Positions 24,773 through 38,770 of a stretch of 64,000 nt of DNA are shown here, piece after piece; within the stretch, counting starts at the first letter, position 1; every line of letters begins with the position of its first letter. The position numbers and the translations under genes were made by a program. A model generated the notes under the pieces. It ran no database searches. It had not been told where the DNA came from and saw nothing but the letters and a program-made list of their open reading frames with translations. This stretch comes from Podarcis bocagei. Taxonomy: Eukaryota. The stretch is taken from assembly GCA_964188305.1 (NCBI GenBank), contig OZ076895.1; one strand, written 5' to 3'.

Positions 24773-24890
24773 CTGTATTGGCCTGAATACAAGCCACACC
24801 CAAATATAAGCCGCACCTTTAAAATTCAAGGGGGGGGGGAGAGAGAGACAATACCCAACTATAAGCTGCTCCCTTAAAATTGGAGGGGGG
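24773..24890. mobile_element. Tc2/pogo-like DNA transposon end fragment
   Basis: TA|CTGTATTGGCCTGAATACAAGCC followed by repeated aatataagccgcacc subterminal motifs. Confidence 0.5.
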
Positions 24891-25093
24891 GAATTCTGAA
24901 AGGTGGGTGGGTGGGGACGGGATGGACAGGAACTCAAAGAAGCCCTTCCATGCATGTATATTGCTTCTGCAGGCACATCTTGGGCAGGTGTGATAATTTT
25001 CCATCCTGGCAGCTATCCTTACACACCCCAATCTTTAGGGAGAAGTTTCTTGGGAGGGAGGCATAGAAGGCTACCATAAGAAGGGAAACCTTA

Positions 25094-25231
25094 CAGCCTT
25101 TCTCAACCTGTGGGTCCCCAGATGTTGTTGAACTACAACTCCCATCACCCCTAGCTGGCAAGGCCAGAGCTCAGGGATGATGGGAGTTGTAGTCCAACAA
25201 CATCTGGGGACCCACAGGTTGAGAACCGCTG
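25094..25231. mobile_element. Palindromic MITE (hAT-like CAG...CTG ends)
   Basis: About 58-bp inverted arms: ttctcaacctgtgggtccccagatgttgttg-actacaactcccatca / tgatgggagttgtagt-caacaacatctggggacccacaggttgagaa. No clear TSD. Confidence 0.85.
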
Positions 25232-28200
25232 CTAGAAGAACCTGAGTTTGTACAGAGTGCACAATACTTTGGAACTTCTCACTTGTAAGGCCAGTACCAC
25301 CTCATTTACTAGAGTAGAATGTGGCAGATCTCTTGCGACTCCAATGATGCCTGCAAAAGAAAAGTGATTCCTTCCTACTTCAGCATCATGCCTGCCTGGA
25401 AGCCAGCAACTCTGGTGTGGGGGAAAAATCCACATAATTCAGGCAACCCACATGGTTTCACTTTAGCATCATCTTCACAAAAACAGATGAATCAGTCTTT
25501 ATTTTCTTGAGGTTAATCTATGTTTAATAATAGTCAGACTCTATCTCCTACTTTTTCTGCTTTCTTCATTAGGAAAGACATTTATGCCTGTGAAATACTG
25601 AAACAAAACGTATCATTCATTTTTCGTTTCTAATCTCAGTGCTACATTCAAAGTTTATGCACTTGAACTCAAACCTAAGTTGTTCTACATGTCCTCTTCC
25701 AACACTGTCTCTCAGTTAGCCACAAATATCTGAAAGTCCTCCTCATAGCGCCACACCCTTTCACATAACCTTTAAAAATAAGGAATCAGATGGCCCAGAT
25801 TCTAACAGTAAGAAGAGTTGAGCTACAGAATCATTTGATTCACTCCCCTCCTTTCTGGCAACATAACAGAGAAAAAGATCAAAGTCCACTGTTCTCTACC
25901 TTGTTGGAAAACCTACATTTAGTCCATCCACAAATAAGTAGGGAAGATCCATATGTTCCCATCAACTCTTGGCCTCTTGTCTTCTGCCAAGCATATGTGA
26001 GTATTTCCTTGAACACAGGTGCTCCATTTTATTTTGAATGAAGCAAACAACTATTTCTATGATATGGTGTATTGCTTGGGGCCACATTTTAGTCTGCATT
26101 TTAATCTTATATGTGGACTTTCCTGGGAGCAAGCCGCACTGAACACAGTTAGACTTGCTTCTGAATAGACAAACATAGGATTAGACAGTCCAATACTTCC
26201 TAGTTCTTTTTTTTTAAAAAAAAGTCACTGTAGGAGGCAGGTAAATTGAGACTTTTGCCAGTTAGCTCAGTCACATCTTATAAAACATAAACAGGCACAC
26301 ACACACACACACTGCTTATGCACATCCAACTCATGCATGACCATGTTTACATGGGTTGCAGTAAAATATTAAATAGATTGGACTTCCCTTGCTGGGTGCT
26401 GCTACCCAAGCGAGGGAGGGAGGCCTTCAATCGACCAGTGGCGCAGGGTGGGAGACACCTTTTCCCCAATCTCCAATGCTCTGACAATAATCCACACTCC
26501 TATCCTGGCATCAGTTCTGCTGGGTGTCCTTTTTGGCCCTGACTGTCCATGGCCAGCTACCACTGCTGCACACACTACATCCCCTCAAGCAGGCAGGCAG
26601 GCAGGCTCAGGACAGGCCAGGCAGCGGCCTAAGAGATTTCCAGGATGTGTCAGTCTCTATCCCCACCTCCCCCCACACCCTCCCTATTAAAGTGGGATCC
26701 TCCCAATTTCACATGATTTCACTTATGCACATGGGAGCCCAGAATGTAACCCCCACATGTGGGGGGGGCGTCTGTATATTATTTATTTAGAAATCCCATC
26801 ATGTTGGCAACTGACACAAGACATCTAAAGGCAGTGGACGCATTATTAGCATTGCAACCAGCTTTAATAACAATTTTAAGATCAGCAGGAACCCCTTGAT
26901 GCATTCGGTTCAAAACACCTGTGAAAAATAGATGCTTCTTCATTCTTTGAGTGAATTCTAGGAAGAAGTAAGCAACAAGTGTGTGTATGTGCGCGTGTGC
27001 ATGCAGATCACACACTGCGCCTCTCATGTTTGGCTGCATATATCCTGTGGATTGACCGCCCGTTGGTAAACCATGGTTAATAGTTTACTGTGAACTTGCA
27101 AAAGGCTCATACTTCATTCCACCCCTCTAGCTAGCAGAAGCAACAAACTGTGCCTTAGTGTTGTATTGAAACTGGAAATCATAGTTTGTTTTGCTCCGAT
27201 CATGGTTTGTTGAACAAAACAAACTGCAACCTCCAGTTTGATGTAATGCTATGCTAGGGATCATGAGGTGTTGCTCCCGCTGGCTAGAGAAGAGCAAAGT
27301 GAGAACCATTGCTGTGCTCATGGTAAACCATAATCCACTTACTTGGACATGCAAACTGAGCCACTGTCTCCTTCCACTCTTCCTGAAACCCAGCTCAGTA
27401 AGATTATTTGGCTTATAGTCAATTTGGTTCTATTGAAGTCGAAGCAGAATTGGGGAAAATGTACGTGTTTCTGCTTAATCAACTTGTGGACTAGCCTGTC
27501 TGGCTCCCATGTGTGTGCTTAAAATTCATCACCGCTTCCTTAGCAATTCACCTTCTGTGTTTCATCTTCTGCAAATGGGAGAGATCAGAATAGCTCACAG
27601 CTGTGAAAGAGAACTTCAGATCCTACAGATGTTATTTTCTTCCTTTTGCTGAGTGTTCTATTCAGAATCAGAAATATTACCTTACAGATGTGCCTTGCAC
27701 GAAAATGATGCTAAAGTTATTTATTAAACTGATCTAGCCTTAAAGGGCAAAACAGGAGACAAATGGTTATATTAGCCATCTTCCTGCATCCATTGTGCTT
27801 TCCGAACTGGTGTAGACTATTGTAAAGGCAATGCTTGTATGAAAGATACATTTCTTGTTTCATTTGCAATTAATATGATCAACTCAACACTAACTAACAA
27901 TACAGGATACCAAAAAATATTTGCTGTTGCTTCAAGCAGTGACTTTAGCTTCCTTTAGAAGCTTGGTAGCATTTCCTTTGTAATTTGGGGCTTATCAACA
28001 CAGTGCATAGTCTAACTGTGGACTATGTTAATCTTACTGTGATTTCTATGTTTTAAACACGATTTTATTTCACATTACTAGTTTGCTGCTGGAAGTGACA
28101 TATGCAATGCCCTGAAAATTAACAATGTTTTTTTTTTTAAAAAAAAAAAAGCCTTTGCTAAAAAAACATAAGGGTACCTTTTAAGTACTAGAGTTTTCAG

Positions 28201-29420
28201 TGAGAAAGATTCAACCCTTTCAATGAAATCAATGTATTTTTGTAACTTTGGATGGATGCAGTCAGCAGTAGTTCTAGTAGTTTAAAGGTTTGGTTTGAAA
28301 ATTCTGAAACTTGCTGGATTCTCTATTTTTACCATAATCTTCTGAGGCATGATTACATCCCTCGTCTAAACCTTCGTAGCCTTTATTTTGTGCCCTGTTG
28401 CTTTCTGAAATATTCAAAATGACACCTGCCCATGCAACTTTTCTGCCCCTTTGACCTTTTATATTTCTGTCTAGAACCGACTGCAAGTTGTCCACCCAGA
28501 GAATTTCCAGGGACCTGGCAAACATCCTGCAAGTTATTTCTGCTCTTCTTCATGTAACCTAACTAATTTATGTAACCTGTTAAACCTAATAGAAGAAAGT
28601 GAAAGGAAAAGAAAAGAAAGACGTATGACAGGCAGCTTCTGAACAAAATTATGGGCCCCAAAGTAACATTGTTTTAATGATGTTGTATACCACAAATACA
28701 CATACACTGTATCATGAACTTCTTTTAGGCTAGAGGCAATAAATTACTGTGCTTTGCTGAAACTTCCAAGGTCTTTTTTCCAACTGTTTGAGATGTGTGT
28801 GCAGGTAGGGCAGAAGCAGATGCCTTCAAAGAGGATGGGATGGGTGCAGTTTGGAGAAAGGGTTGTTGTGGTTTTAGGTGGTGGTGGTTGCATCACATAC
28901 TTGCAAGTTCCAGGAAGTGTTTCCAGGTTGTCAGCCAGCATATAGAGAGCTCTGTGCTATCCACACAAGGCTTTTAGAGAATTTTAAGAGCAATGCAAAA
29001 ATTAAAATGCCATTATGGATCAAGCACGACTTGTGTCTTGGAGAAATTCCTATTCTGTAACTATCCATTTCAGAGCATGAACTGAGCCTCTCTACAGAGA
29101 AGATACATTTTGTTTGGGTTGGAGCGTAAATTAGCGCTATTATCCTTGCCCATTACAAAATGGGATTTTGTGGGATTTTATCTGATACCCAGCCAAGAAA
29201 TGAAGACTTCCTGATCTGGAGATGGTCACGGATTGTTGTTGTTTTTCATTAGAAAGTTTTATTACATAAAAGGTAATAAAACTTTAAGTGAAATCAGGCA
29301 TGATTCTCATGGAGGAACAAGCCATTTCAGGCAGGTGGAATCAGGAGAACTGGAATTTTACAACCTTGTCAGATAATAATCAGTTAAAAAGGGGGGGGGC
29401 ACAAATACAGAGGAAGAGGA

Positions 29421-29422
<2 letters not shown>

Positions 29423-29451
<29 letters not shown>
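29423..29451. repeat. (GT)n microsatellite
   Basis: Direct reading. Confidence 0.95.
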
Positions 29452-29454
<3 letters not shown>

Positions 29455-30571
29455 AAACTTAAGGGTGCCTGTATATTTCACACAAGCTTGTTGAGAAGAG
29501 TGCTGAAAAAAGACAATTTAGTATCTATTCCATGATTACGTAGAAGACAGAACAAATGATATACCACAGTGATTACACATAGTACCAGAAATATAGGCAT
29601 GCAGACAAACAAAGATCATGGAAGTATACTGCTAATTAGGTAGTGGGATTAAGTAAAATAAGTACATAGTACAGAGCAGTAGGACAATATAACCAACTAC
29701 TACTAAGAAAAGCATTCATGCAGCATCATTCAAATACACAATAACTAAGGGTGTGCACTGACCACAATATTTGGTTCAAACCCTAATCCAGCACTCAGAG
29801 AAAACAGATCATATTAGTCCAAGGCACTTCATAGGCTGTCTCATTCAGCCAGGAATCCATCTATCAGCTTCATTTCCACACACCCCCTCCCCACCCCCAA
29901 TCATTATAGTGAAATAAAAAAACCCAGTTATATCTTTTTCCTTCCTTGTGACAAGACATGGATTAAACTTGCAGACACAGTAGCCCTCTGTGGTGGATAC
30001 AGCTAGCTAAATTACAGGCAAATGGGCATCTTTGCATCGTTTGTGTGTGTGCATTCTTTTTTAAAGGAAACAACTTGCTTATTTGGAGGCATAATTGCAT
30101 GAAAATTGCAAGTACCTCTTCTGAGGGCATGAATATCGCAGTATTTCAAAATAGCTTCAGTTTTTGCTTTGGGATGGTTAAAAAGGGAATATAACTTAAT
30201 TGCACCTGGTTTACAGTGGACAATTGGTCTGAACTTGCAGACATGAGAAGAGTTCCCCTTGGTAAGCATACAAATAGGTCCAGCTGCTTTTATGCTATTC
30301 ACCATTGTCTGTGTTGTTTAAATTGGACGGCTGTCTTTCCCTACCATGGTTTGGAGTTTTTTGAATTCCTTAATGTAAAAAAGTAAGTCTCATTGTATTG
30401 CATTTCCAGCAATATACATCTTCTAGCCTGCACATAGCAGGAAGGTTGGATACAATTCTGAACCAACAACATAGGCCTATTGCTTTCAAAAGATTGTATC
30501 TTGCTTTGCTTTGCAAACATCTAAATGTTTTATACGTCTTCTTTAAAATGCCTTTGGAGTTCCATTGCATC

Positions 30572-30735
30572 CATTGCATGGATGGCTTCAAAAGAGGATT
30601 AGACAAATTTATGAAGGGTAAGTCATGATGGCTGTGTACTACTTCCACTGCTGAAGACAATATGCTTCTGAATACCATTTGTGGGATTTCCACAGACATC
30701 TGGTTGGCCACTATGAGAAAAGAGTGCTTATTGCT
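30572..30735 (+). mobile_element. CR1 LINE 3' end fragment
   Basis: gatggcttcaaaagaggattagacaaatttatg (DGFKRGLDKFM, end of CR1 ORF2) followed by 3'UTR-like catctggttggccactatgagaa. Confidence 0.7.
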
Positions 30736-33033
30736 CCTCAAGTTTCTCTGAGGTTTTCCTCAGTTCCTCAGCCTCTTTGGAATATTCCCTTTGTGAAGTT
30801 CACATACAAATTGCCTCTTAACAATACGCACCTTCTAGCCAGTCCTTAAAGGCACAATATTTTGAAAAGGGATTTCTTCATTCAACTGCAGATAAGGAAA
30901 GATATTCACTGTAAAGCTTATCCTTCTTGTGGACCCTGAATCTTTCTTATATAGGAGACTTTGAAAATAATGTCAATGATCAATTTTCACAACCCTTTGT
31001 AAACGAAAGAGAAAATTGCAACCTTCTCCGGAGCAATTAGATGGCATACCAGGCTATATTTTCCCTCCATAATACCCAGCAGTGCTGTTACATATTATTC
31101 CAGTGGGATCTCATTAACTTCCGAGATGTCGCCCCAACCTTTCTGTGTAAGTAGACTAGATTTTCACAGCACTGTGAAAGGTCTTGGCTTTTTCAGTACG
31201 TCATCTCACACAGTTTCAAAGTACTTACAACTCTGCATTGCAGGCAAATCTTTTATCTCTGTTGCATATCTCATGGCAACTACACACATAAATTACACAC
31301 CAACTAGCAAAAATACAGGCACATGGACAAGACTGGGTTGTTGACTTTATATTGGGTAGCAAAACTGAGTAAGCATAAGGAAACAGCTGTGAAGAAAGTA
31401 TAACTACAGATATGGCGGGAAAGCTGGAGGAGGGGGAGGAGAAGAAGGAAGACTGCCCTCTTGACCCTGGTGTTGCTACAGCCTACCTGGATGGCGGGGG
31501 AGGGGGTGAGATTGCGGTTGTGCAGGCACACCAATGAAACCTGCCCATTATTCCAAATAGTGATATATTCAGCCTTAATCTCACTGCTGCCCCACCTCAG
31601 CCCTGTCCAGGCAACATGCAGTGGTGCTGGTGTCAGGAGGGTGGTTTAATGGTTCTGCCTCACCACACCAGCTGCCACTGAGAAGAATGAAGAGGAGAGA
31701 AGATGGAGGTTGCAGTTGGGGACAATATTATTGCCTTATACTTATCAACTTATCAACATCACTGATTGCTACACATTTCTTTCTGCAACTATTGGCATGT
31801 TGTAGTTAAAGCCAATCATGTCACTCCTGTTCTTTATTTACCTAAGTTTGGGACAGGTGTGAGCATCTGTATTTTATCACAGCTATACCTGTGTAGTCTT
31901 GAAGAAACATTTTCTTGGCATAAGGAGTCAAAGTATGATACAGTTGAAGGACCGTTGCTCTATATCTTGAAATATCTGATGAATCAACACTTTTACAACA
32001 ATCATCACTTAGTGACTGCTCCTTTTCTTCAGCCTCATCCATGATCTCCAGGATATTTCTTTATTAGGACCTCTAATGATTCCATTTACTGCCATTATCA
32101 CCCATGCAGCATGTCTCAAACTACTTCAAAGTGCTGCTATAGCCTCCTGATCCACAGATCCACAGACCTTATCCCTTCATCATTACTATCCCTAGCTGTA
32201 CTCTTTGACAACTAGAACTGAGCCAGGCAGCTGTCAGAAATAAGAAAACAGTCTCCATCAACCAGCTGCTCGTACCATCTCCTCCCTCGCAGTGTGGTGG
32301 AGGGGATGATGACAAACGATGCATCCTCAAATCAGAGAGGTCTCCATATGGACAGAAGGTCGCAACTGTCATCACAGGAATTTGCCATATATCCTCTAAT
32401 GAGGTACAGCTAAAGGAACACAACTCTATACTTGTGAACTGGCAATGATAAAATGCTAGACAGCTTTATAATATAGTGATATTTATGGATCATGTTTTGG
32501 ATTGCAAAGAATATGTATCATCAACCACTCTGATGTCACCGTTTGCTCAACTTAGGAAAATATTGTGATTACTGGGGAACCCTATGACTAAAGCTCAAGT
32601 CAAATCCACCCAAAGCCCTTAAATACATAGACTTTGAGCACACCCTATAACTAAATTAAATTTTATAGGGATTTTTTGTCTTGTTGTGTTGTTTCATTTT
32701 CTTTTCTGTCTGCTTCAGTAATAATATGCTGAAAGAGTTTTCCTTATTTTTGAGAAACTGGATAGTGATGTTGCAACGTTTTCATTGATTATACAGATAT
32801 AGGAGCTTCTATATATTAATAACAGATTATCTAGAGAAATGAAGTGAGAGTTACTAGGAACTTTCTCGTTATTAGCACAAAATAATGTTTGCTAAACACT
32901 GAAGAGATATATAAGAGTTCCCCAGTGTGAAAACATACTCAATGACATGTCTTACATCTGATGCCATATAACATGCACTTAAAAAAATGCTAATATGCAA
33001 ATCTGACTTTGAATCCTATAAGCACCACAGTCC

Positions 33034-33180
33034 TAGAATCATAGAATTGTAGAGTTAGAAGGGACCATGAGGATCATCTAGTCCAATCCCCTGCAAAACA
33101 GGAATCTTTTGCCCAACATGGGGCTTAAACTAATGATCCTAAGATTAGGTCTCATGCGCCAACAACTTAGCTATCCCAGC
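33034..33180 (-). mobile_element. CR1-type 3' tail plus tRNA-derived SINE head fragment
   Basis: tagaatcatagaattgtagagttagaagggacc...atcatctagtccaa is the reverse complement of a CR1 tail. It is followed by a degraded tRNA-like head ending ...ttagctatcccagc. Confidence 0.55.
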
Positions 33181-33240
33181 ACATCCCAGTATTAGAATAC
33201 TTTGTTGTTTTTATTACATGTGCAGAGATATGCATGTGTG

Positions 33241-33552
33241 AGGTAAAGGTAAAGGGACCCCTGACCATTAGGTCCAGTCATGACCGACTCTGGGGTTGCG
33301 GTGCTCATCTCACTTTACTGGCTGAGGGAGCCGGTGTACAGCTTCCGGGTCATGTGGCCAGTATGACTAAGCCGCTTCTGGCGAACCAGAGCAGCGCACG
33401 GAAACACCGTTTACCTTCCCGCCGGAGCGGTACCTATTTATCTACTTGCACTTTGATGTGCTTTTGAACTGCTAGGTTGGCAGGAGCAGGGACCGAGCAA
33501 CGGGAGCTCACCCCGTCGCGGGGATTCAAACCGCTGACCTTCTGATCGGCAG
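33241..33552 (-). mobile_element. Sauria SINE, 5'-truncated
   Basis: aggtaaaggtaaag tail. The body is the reverse complement of 55877-56182 and stops just beyond the B box. Confidence 0.92.
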
Positions 33553-34820
33553 TAACTTGGGATACATAACTCCGGTGTTTGACCCAAATATCACTCCTAC
33601 CTCAAGGAGCCTCAAGACAGACGATAGCTCCCAGCTGGCTGAGGAGTCCAGGCACCAGATTCTGATGAAAGCAGGTGACACACAAACACGCCCCCCCCCC
33701 CCAGTAATCCCACCAGGAAACGCTGTATAAAAACAAATTGCATAAAAGAGGAGTGTTACTCATTCCTGGCTTGAGATATTATTTGCTTACTAAATTTGCA
33801 TTCCACCTTTCTACCAAACGATGCTCAGGATGGCTAACATCTATATCTAATACATCTATAAGCAGTGGGCCTGATTTTCATAAAGAACTTTCTGAATGGT
33901 AACTTCTTAAGCATGGTAACTTCTTAAGAATAATTCCCAAATTTTACTATTGAAGCAGGCACAGAAAAGCAGGCAAAGGCAGGACAATTGCAGTGTCCAT
34001 ATATCCAGGATCCTAAACTTCTAAAACAGTTGCCTAAGTATTTTAGATTTCTCTCCCCACAAAAAAGTCTTTTAAAAGCACATGTGTAACAGCAATGGAC
34101 AGTGGTTTTCACTACATTTCATATTACAATACATTGCTGCTCTTTATCTGCTTCGGAAACTTCTAACTGATAAAGCTCAAATACATAGGTAGGAAAGTGA
34201 TCAAATATATGAAGATGCCATTAAGTGCAAAGCTGGACACCCACATTTCCTGTGATAATACATTTTATCTATTTAACAGAAGTAACATGAGAACGTAATA
34301 ATCGGCCAAATGCCTGCTTTCCCCATTCATTGCTTTGTTTTAGCCATTTACTCTCTTTGTTCCCAGCTCCTTCCACATTAGACTGGTGCAGGGGCTCATG
34401 GCAAACACAGCAAACTAACTTAACCACACATCTGCCCTGGAGTTTGTTGGTTATGGACCTTTCAGTGTTTTTTGGCTCAGTGATGTAAAGGCATTACGAA
34501 TTTTCCTCTTTGATTTATTCTTTTCCCTCAAGAGACAAGTGCTCCAAGTGAGTTAACAGTTACCTAGAAAAGAGTTATCTTTCTTTGTTCTGGGACGATA
34601 GTTCTGATGTTCTTAGCTGGTTTGTAATAGTTGTCTGAAATTCCTTCAAAAGGAAACCCCATCCTACAGTATTTCTTCATAGCTGCACTGCTTTACTTTT
34701 TTCTTTTTCTTTTTAACCAACCATAAAATGAATTGTTTCCTGCATCTCTGAAAAATAAAACTAACCAGTCACCAGTGCTTTTCTCTGGTGGTATGCAACC
34801 CGTTTTGGGAGGGGGGGAGA

Positions 34821-35284
34821 ACACAATTCACAGTGTTGGCACTGACCTTTAAAACTGTAAATGGCCTCAGACCAGTATACCTGAAGGAGCATCTCCACCC
34901 CCATCGTTCAGCCTGGACAATGAAGTCCACCTCAGAGGGCTTTCTGACGGTTCACTCACTGCAAGAAGTGAGGTTACAGGGAACCAGGCAGAGGGCCTTC
35001 TCAGAACGCACCCTGTGGAACGCCCTCCTATCAGAGTCAAGGAAATAAACAACTATTTGACTTTTAGAAGATACCTGAAGGCAGCCCTGTTTGGGGAAGT
35101 TTTCCATGTTTGGTATTTTATCGTGTTTTTAATATTCTGTTGGGAGCCACCCAGAGTGGCTGGGGAAACCCAACCCAGGGCAGGGTATGTATGTATGAAT
35201 TAACAACAACTACTACTACTACTACTACTGCTACTACTACTACTACTACTAATAATAATAATAATAATAATAAATAATAAATAA
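34821..35284 (+). mobile_element. L2 LINE 3' fragment with (TAC)n/(TAA)n tail
   Basis: Translation QFTVLALTFKTVNGLRPVYLKEHLHPHRSAWT...EVRLQGTRQRAFS...LWNAL is typical of the L2 ORF2 C-terminus. It is followed by a 3'UTR and a simple-repeat tail. Confidence 0.85.
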
Positions 35285-38200
35285 TATATTAAGAGGCAGA
35301 AGGGCTCTCGGACCCTGTCAGAGCATTACACCTCCTTTCCTAAGGTGGGCAAACTCTTCCCAGGCTTGGGGGAAGTAGGCGTGAGCCTGTGTCCTGGCCG
35401 AACGTTGGACAGTATGAAACAGGCATGCACAGTCAGGTCCTGAGAATAAAGGTATGGTGTTGTAGCAAGTAATTTAATTATGATAAATAATGTAATAACT
35501 ATATACCAAAATCTTAATGAAGTTCCAGTAAAACATATAATTGTTTTACATATAACTTTTCTTCTTGCCCCAAGGAAATTTTTTGTCTAGGGCTTCTGCC
35601 CAGAGTACCAGCACCATTTTTTCTAGAAGCAAAGCACAATCAGTGACCACTAATTAGTCAGATGTCCAAACTAAAACCATGTCTTTTTAAAAAACTTTTT
35701 TTCAACAGAGAACCATCATAAAGAAAACAGTTATATTACCCTTTGAGAAAAGAGCTACACCTCAATGACAGAGCACATATTTTGCAAGCAGAAGATCCCA
35801 AATTCAATCTCCAGTTAACTGGAAAGGTAGCAGGTGATGTGAAATACATCTGCTGGAGACCCTGTGAGCAGCTGGAAGTCAGGGTATTACACTCCAGGCC
35901 AGACAGTCTAATGTTCTAACTCAGCTTCGATATAACCAAAATGTATCTTATATATAAGTCATTGCTTCCGGTGCACCCATATTGTATATTCTGCATTGGC
36001 TTTGGCTATATATTATAGCATATGAAGGCAAACTAGCCCCCAAATCTAGGAGCAGCTGTGCCAATCCATAGAGTGGCCCTCCCACAGAAATATGAGAACA
36101 GCGACATGATGCTACATCAGAAGTCTTGTAAAAAAAATGCACACTGCATAAGTATTGTGTCAGTGGCCAGAGGGTGCCTCACGCCATTCATCTCCCCAAC
36201 CCTCACAGCTTACTGGACTCAAGTCAAGTCATTGCTGGCTCTGGAAAAAAGGGAGTGTGATTATCCCCCCCCCCAATGTTGAAGTGGGAAACCCACCTGC
36301 TTATGGAAGGGATAATGTCCAGGGAAACTGGCCAACATATGCTGCAATACTATCCAAATTATAAACTTTAAGCCATACTTCTAATTCAGGGGGGAAGGAA
36401 TACCTGGTATTTACATTGCAGATATCTCAAGCGACAATCCGATTGTTCTCACTTTAAAACTAATTGCCATTTCCTTGTGAAGCAATCAAACAAAAAACCA
36501 AAAAACCACCACCCTAATAATTTAAAACTAGATACACATGACTCATGCTGGTCAATAAATAAAAACTTTTTGGAATGAGTCAGGGTATATTTCTTTAAAG
36601 ATCAAAGTAGGGAATGCTACCTTCATCAGGCTAGTCCTGTACTCTACAGTCTAATATATACTTAAGGTTTTTTTAACCCATTTTAGAATCTGGTTTCAAT
36701 AGATTCACAACTGAATGTTTTTATAACATTTAAAGTGACAAGCCAATAAAAATATCTGGCAACTCAGTTTCTGCTGCAGTGGAACATAAGGAACCGAAAT
36801 TAAGGGAGATGAAGTATTCTAACCCAACTTTCTACCAGCTTTGAAAATAAAACTGATCTCCAAGAGAAAAACCTAGAGAACTCCTATTTTGTTGTGGACT
36901 TGCTAATAGAAAATAATAGCATGGATATATTTCAAACGATATTGGGCAATAGTGGAAATATTGGTGTTGGGTGCAAGAACAAGGCATATGATTCAAGTGT
37001 TTAAAAAGACACTACTGTATTGAATTCCTAAGCAAATACTACAAGTAGTAGCACAAAAAGCAGAATAAAAATGCAGATTTGGTATAAACATGTTTAGATT
37101 AAACTGATGCAGTTCATAAATGGTATCAACAGTAAAGTGGATTCTTAAATTATCTAGGATTTACTAAGACCATTGTTTGTACTAATTACATGCCATTGTT
37201 GTCTGCATCACAGCTTTGGCTGAAATATTACACTCACTTAATACGGGTAACTCACAACTTACGTGCATTAAAAATAAATTAAGGGGGCGGAAAGTGGCCA
37301 GATTCCAGAAAAAAAATTAAAATGATAATTCCACTCACCACTGAACCCAATGTGTTTTAACTATATGTGATTTTAGCTTATGTTCCCCAGAACGTAACTC
37401 CTGCATAAGTTAAGAGTCGCCTGTATATACGTAATAGTTAGAGATAAGGTTAAAATGGGGGTAGTCAGTGTGTTTGGCTGAAGAGAAGCTGCAAGGTCTT
37501 TAAAGTAAACACACACTGACTACCCCCATCAAGATTTCTTGCTACACTGAAATTCAGTTAATAATATTAACAATTACAATTTCCAGCAGATAATGATGAG
37601 AAAGCACATTATCTTCACTCCATAAAACCAGTTTCCTGATATAGTATCTCGACTGAGTTCATGCCTAAGGAAGACTTTCTTTTTAAGTCTGAGGACGTTA
37701 AAAAAAACAAAAACCCAACATACCGCAAAACTATTTTTTGACATTGAATAAATACATGATGTTTAATCAAGAAATAGATACATTTGGACAGCTGCTGTGA
37801 AGACAAAATGTAGCAGCAGCTAAAATTTAACTAAGCAGTTGCCCATTACATGACTGCTACAGCATGCCAGACTTTGATTTATGTTTCCACATCTTTTGAC
37901 AAGTGTTTTTGTTTTCTTAATATCTTAAGTGTATGCAAGTAGCTGGTCATAGCATGCAAAGGCAAGCATAGTGAACTGCTTGAATACAAAAATTCAGTAA
38001 ATAATAATGATAAGAGTGGAGATTTTTGTTTGTTTCTGCATAGAATAGTTTATTTTCCAAGTATCTTTTCCATTTGACAAACACATTCTTACATGCAATA
38101 TATGTTCTATAGCTTCATACTGTAGTATTTTACAGTCCTTTCCATCATCAAGACAATGTGTTTTGGGGAAATTTGGGGCAGGAAATGCTATCCGCTCCCC

Positions 38201-38326
38201 CCCCCCCCAGCTGGAGCTAGCACCAGGTTTTATTAGTCCAATGTGGCGTTTCATTTGGTGGCCTGTTTCTTTTCACACATATACTGGCGCTCACTTCAAT
38301 GTCTTACTCTGAAGGGAGATCCTTAA

Positions 38327-38445
38327 AAGGTTTGCCAGGTTCCCTGTCACCTCACTTCTCTCAATGAGGGAACTGTCAGAAGGCCCTTGGAGCTAAACCT
38401 CAGTGTCTGGGATAAACAATGGGGGTGGAGATGCTCCTTCAGGTG
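38327..38445 (-). mobile_element. L2 LINE fragment
   Basis: HLKEHLHPHCLSQTLRFSSKGLLTVPSLREVR, homologous to the copy at 34821-35284. Confidence 0.8.
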
Positions 38446-38770
38446 TACTTCAGGTATATATGCATAAGGGAAGAGGGGTGTAAAATGGCAAAAATCCTCA
38501 TTTAAAAAATGGTTGCACAGGGAACTATTATACTGACTGTGCACAGGAATAACATTTAAAAAGGGTTTTCATGGCTAACTTATTTCCCTGAACCCCAAAG
38601 CCAGTGTCTGACCAAAGCATAACAGAACCAGTCACGACCATATATGAAGAATTACATGCGTATGTGGTTCATAAGAACCTGAAGAAGGTGACTAGGAGAA
38701 TGAAAAGCTACATTTGCTAGATTGCAAATATGGAAAAATTACCATGTGGAAGAATGTCAATAACAATTCA

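Noticed and set aside
31487-31540. 54-nt AG...GT bounded segment on the minus strand, open in all three frames
   Set aside because: No polypyrimidine tract before the AG, and the peptides match nothing I recognise.
33896-33928. 17-bp tandem duplication (a similar degenerate ~29-bp one lies near 8345-8400)
   Set aside because: Ordinary slippage products with only two units; not a CRISPR-like repeat-spacer array.
37478-37507. CTGAAGA inside the 37.5-kb hairpin spacer as a second hammerhead
   Set aside because: GAAA is replaced by TAAA, stem II pairs poorly, and there is no room for stem III.
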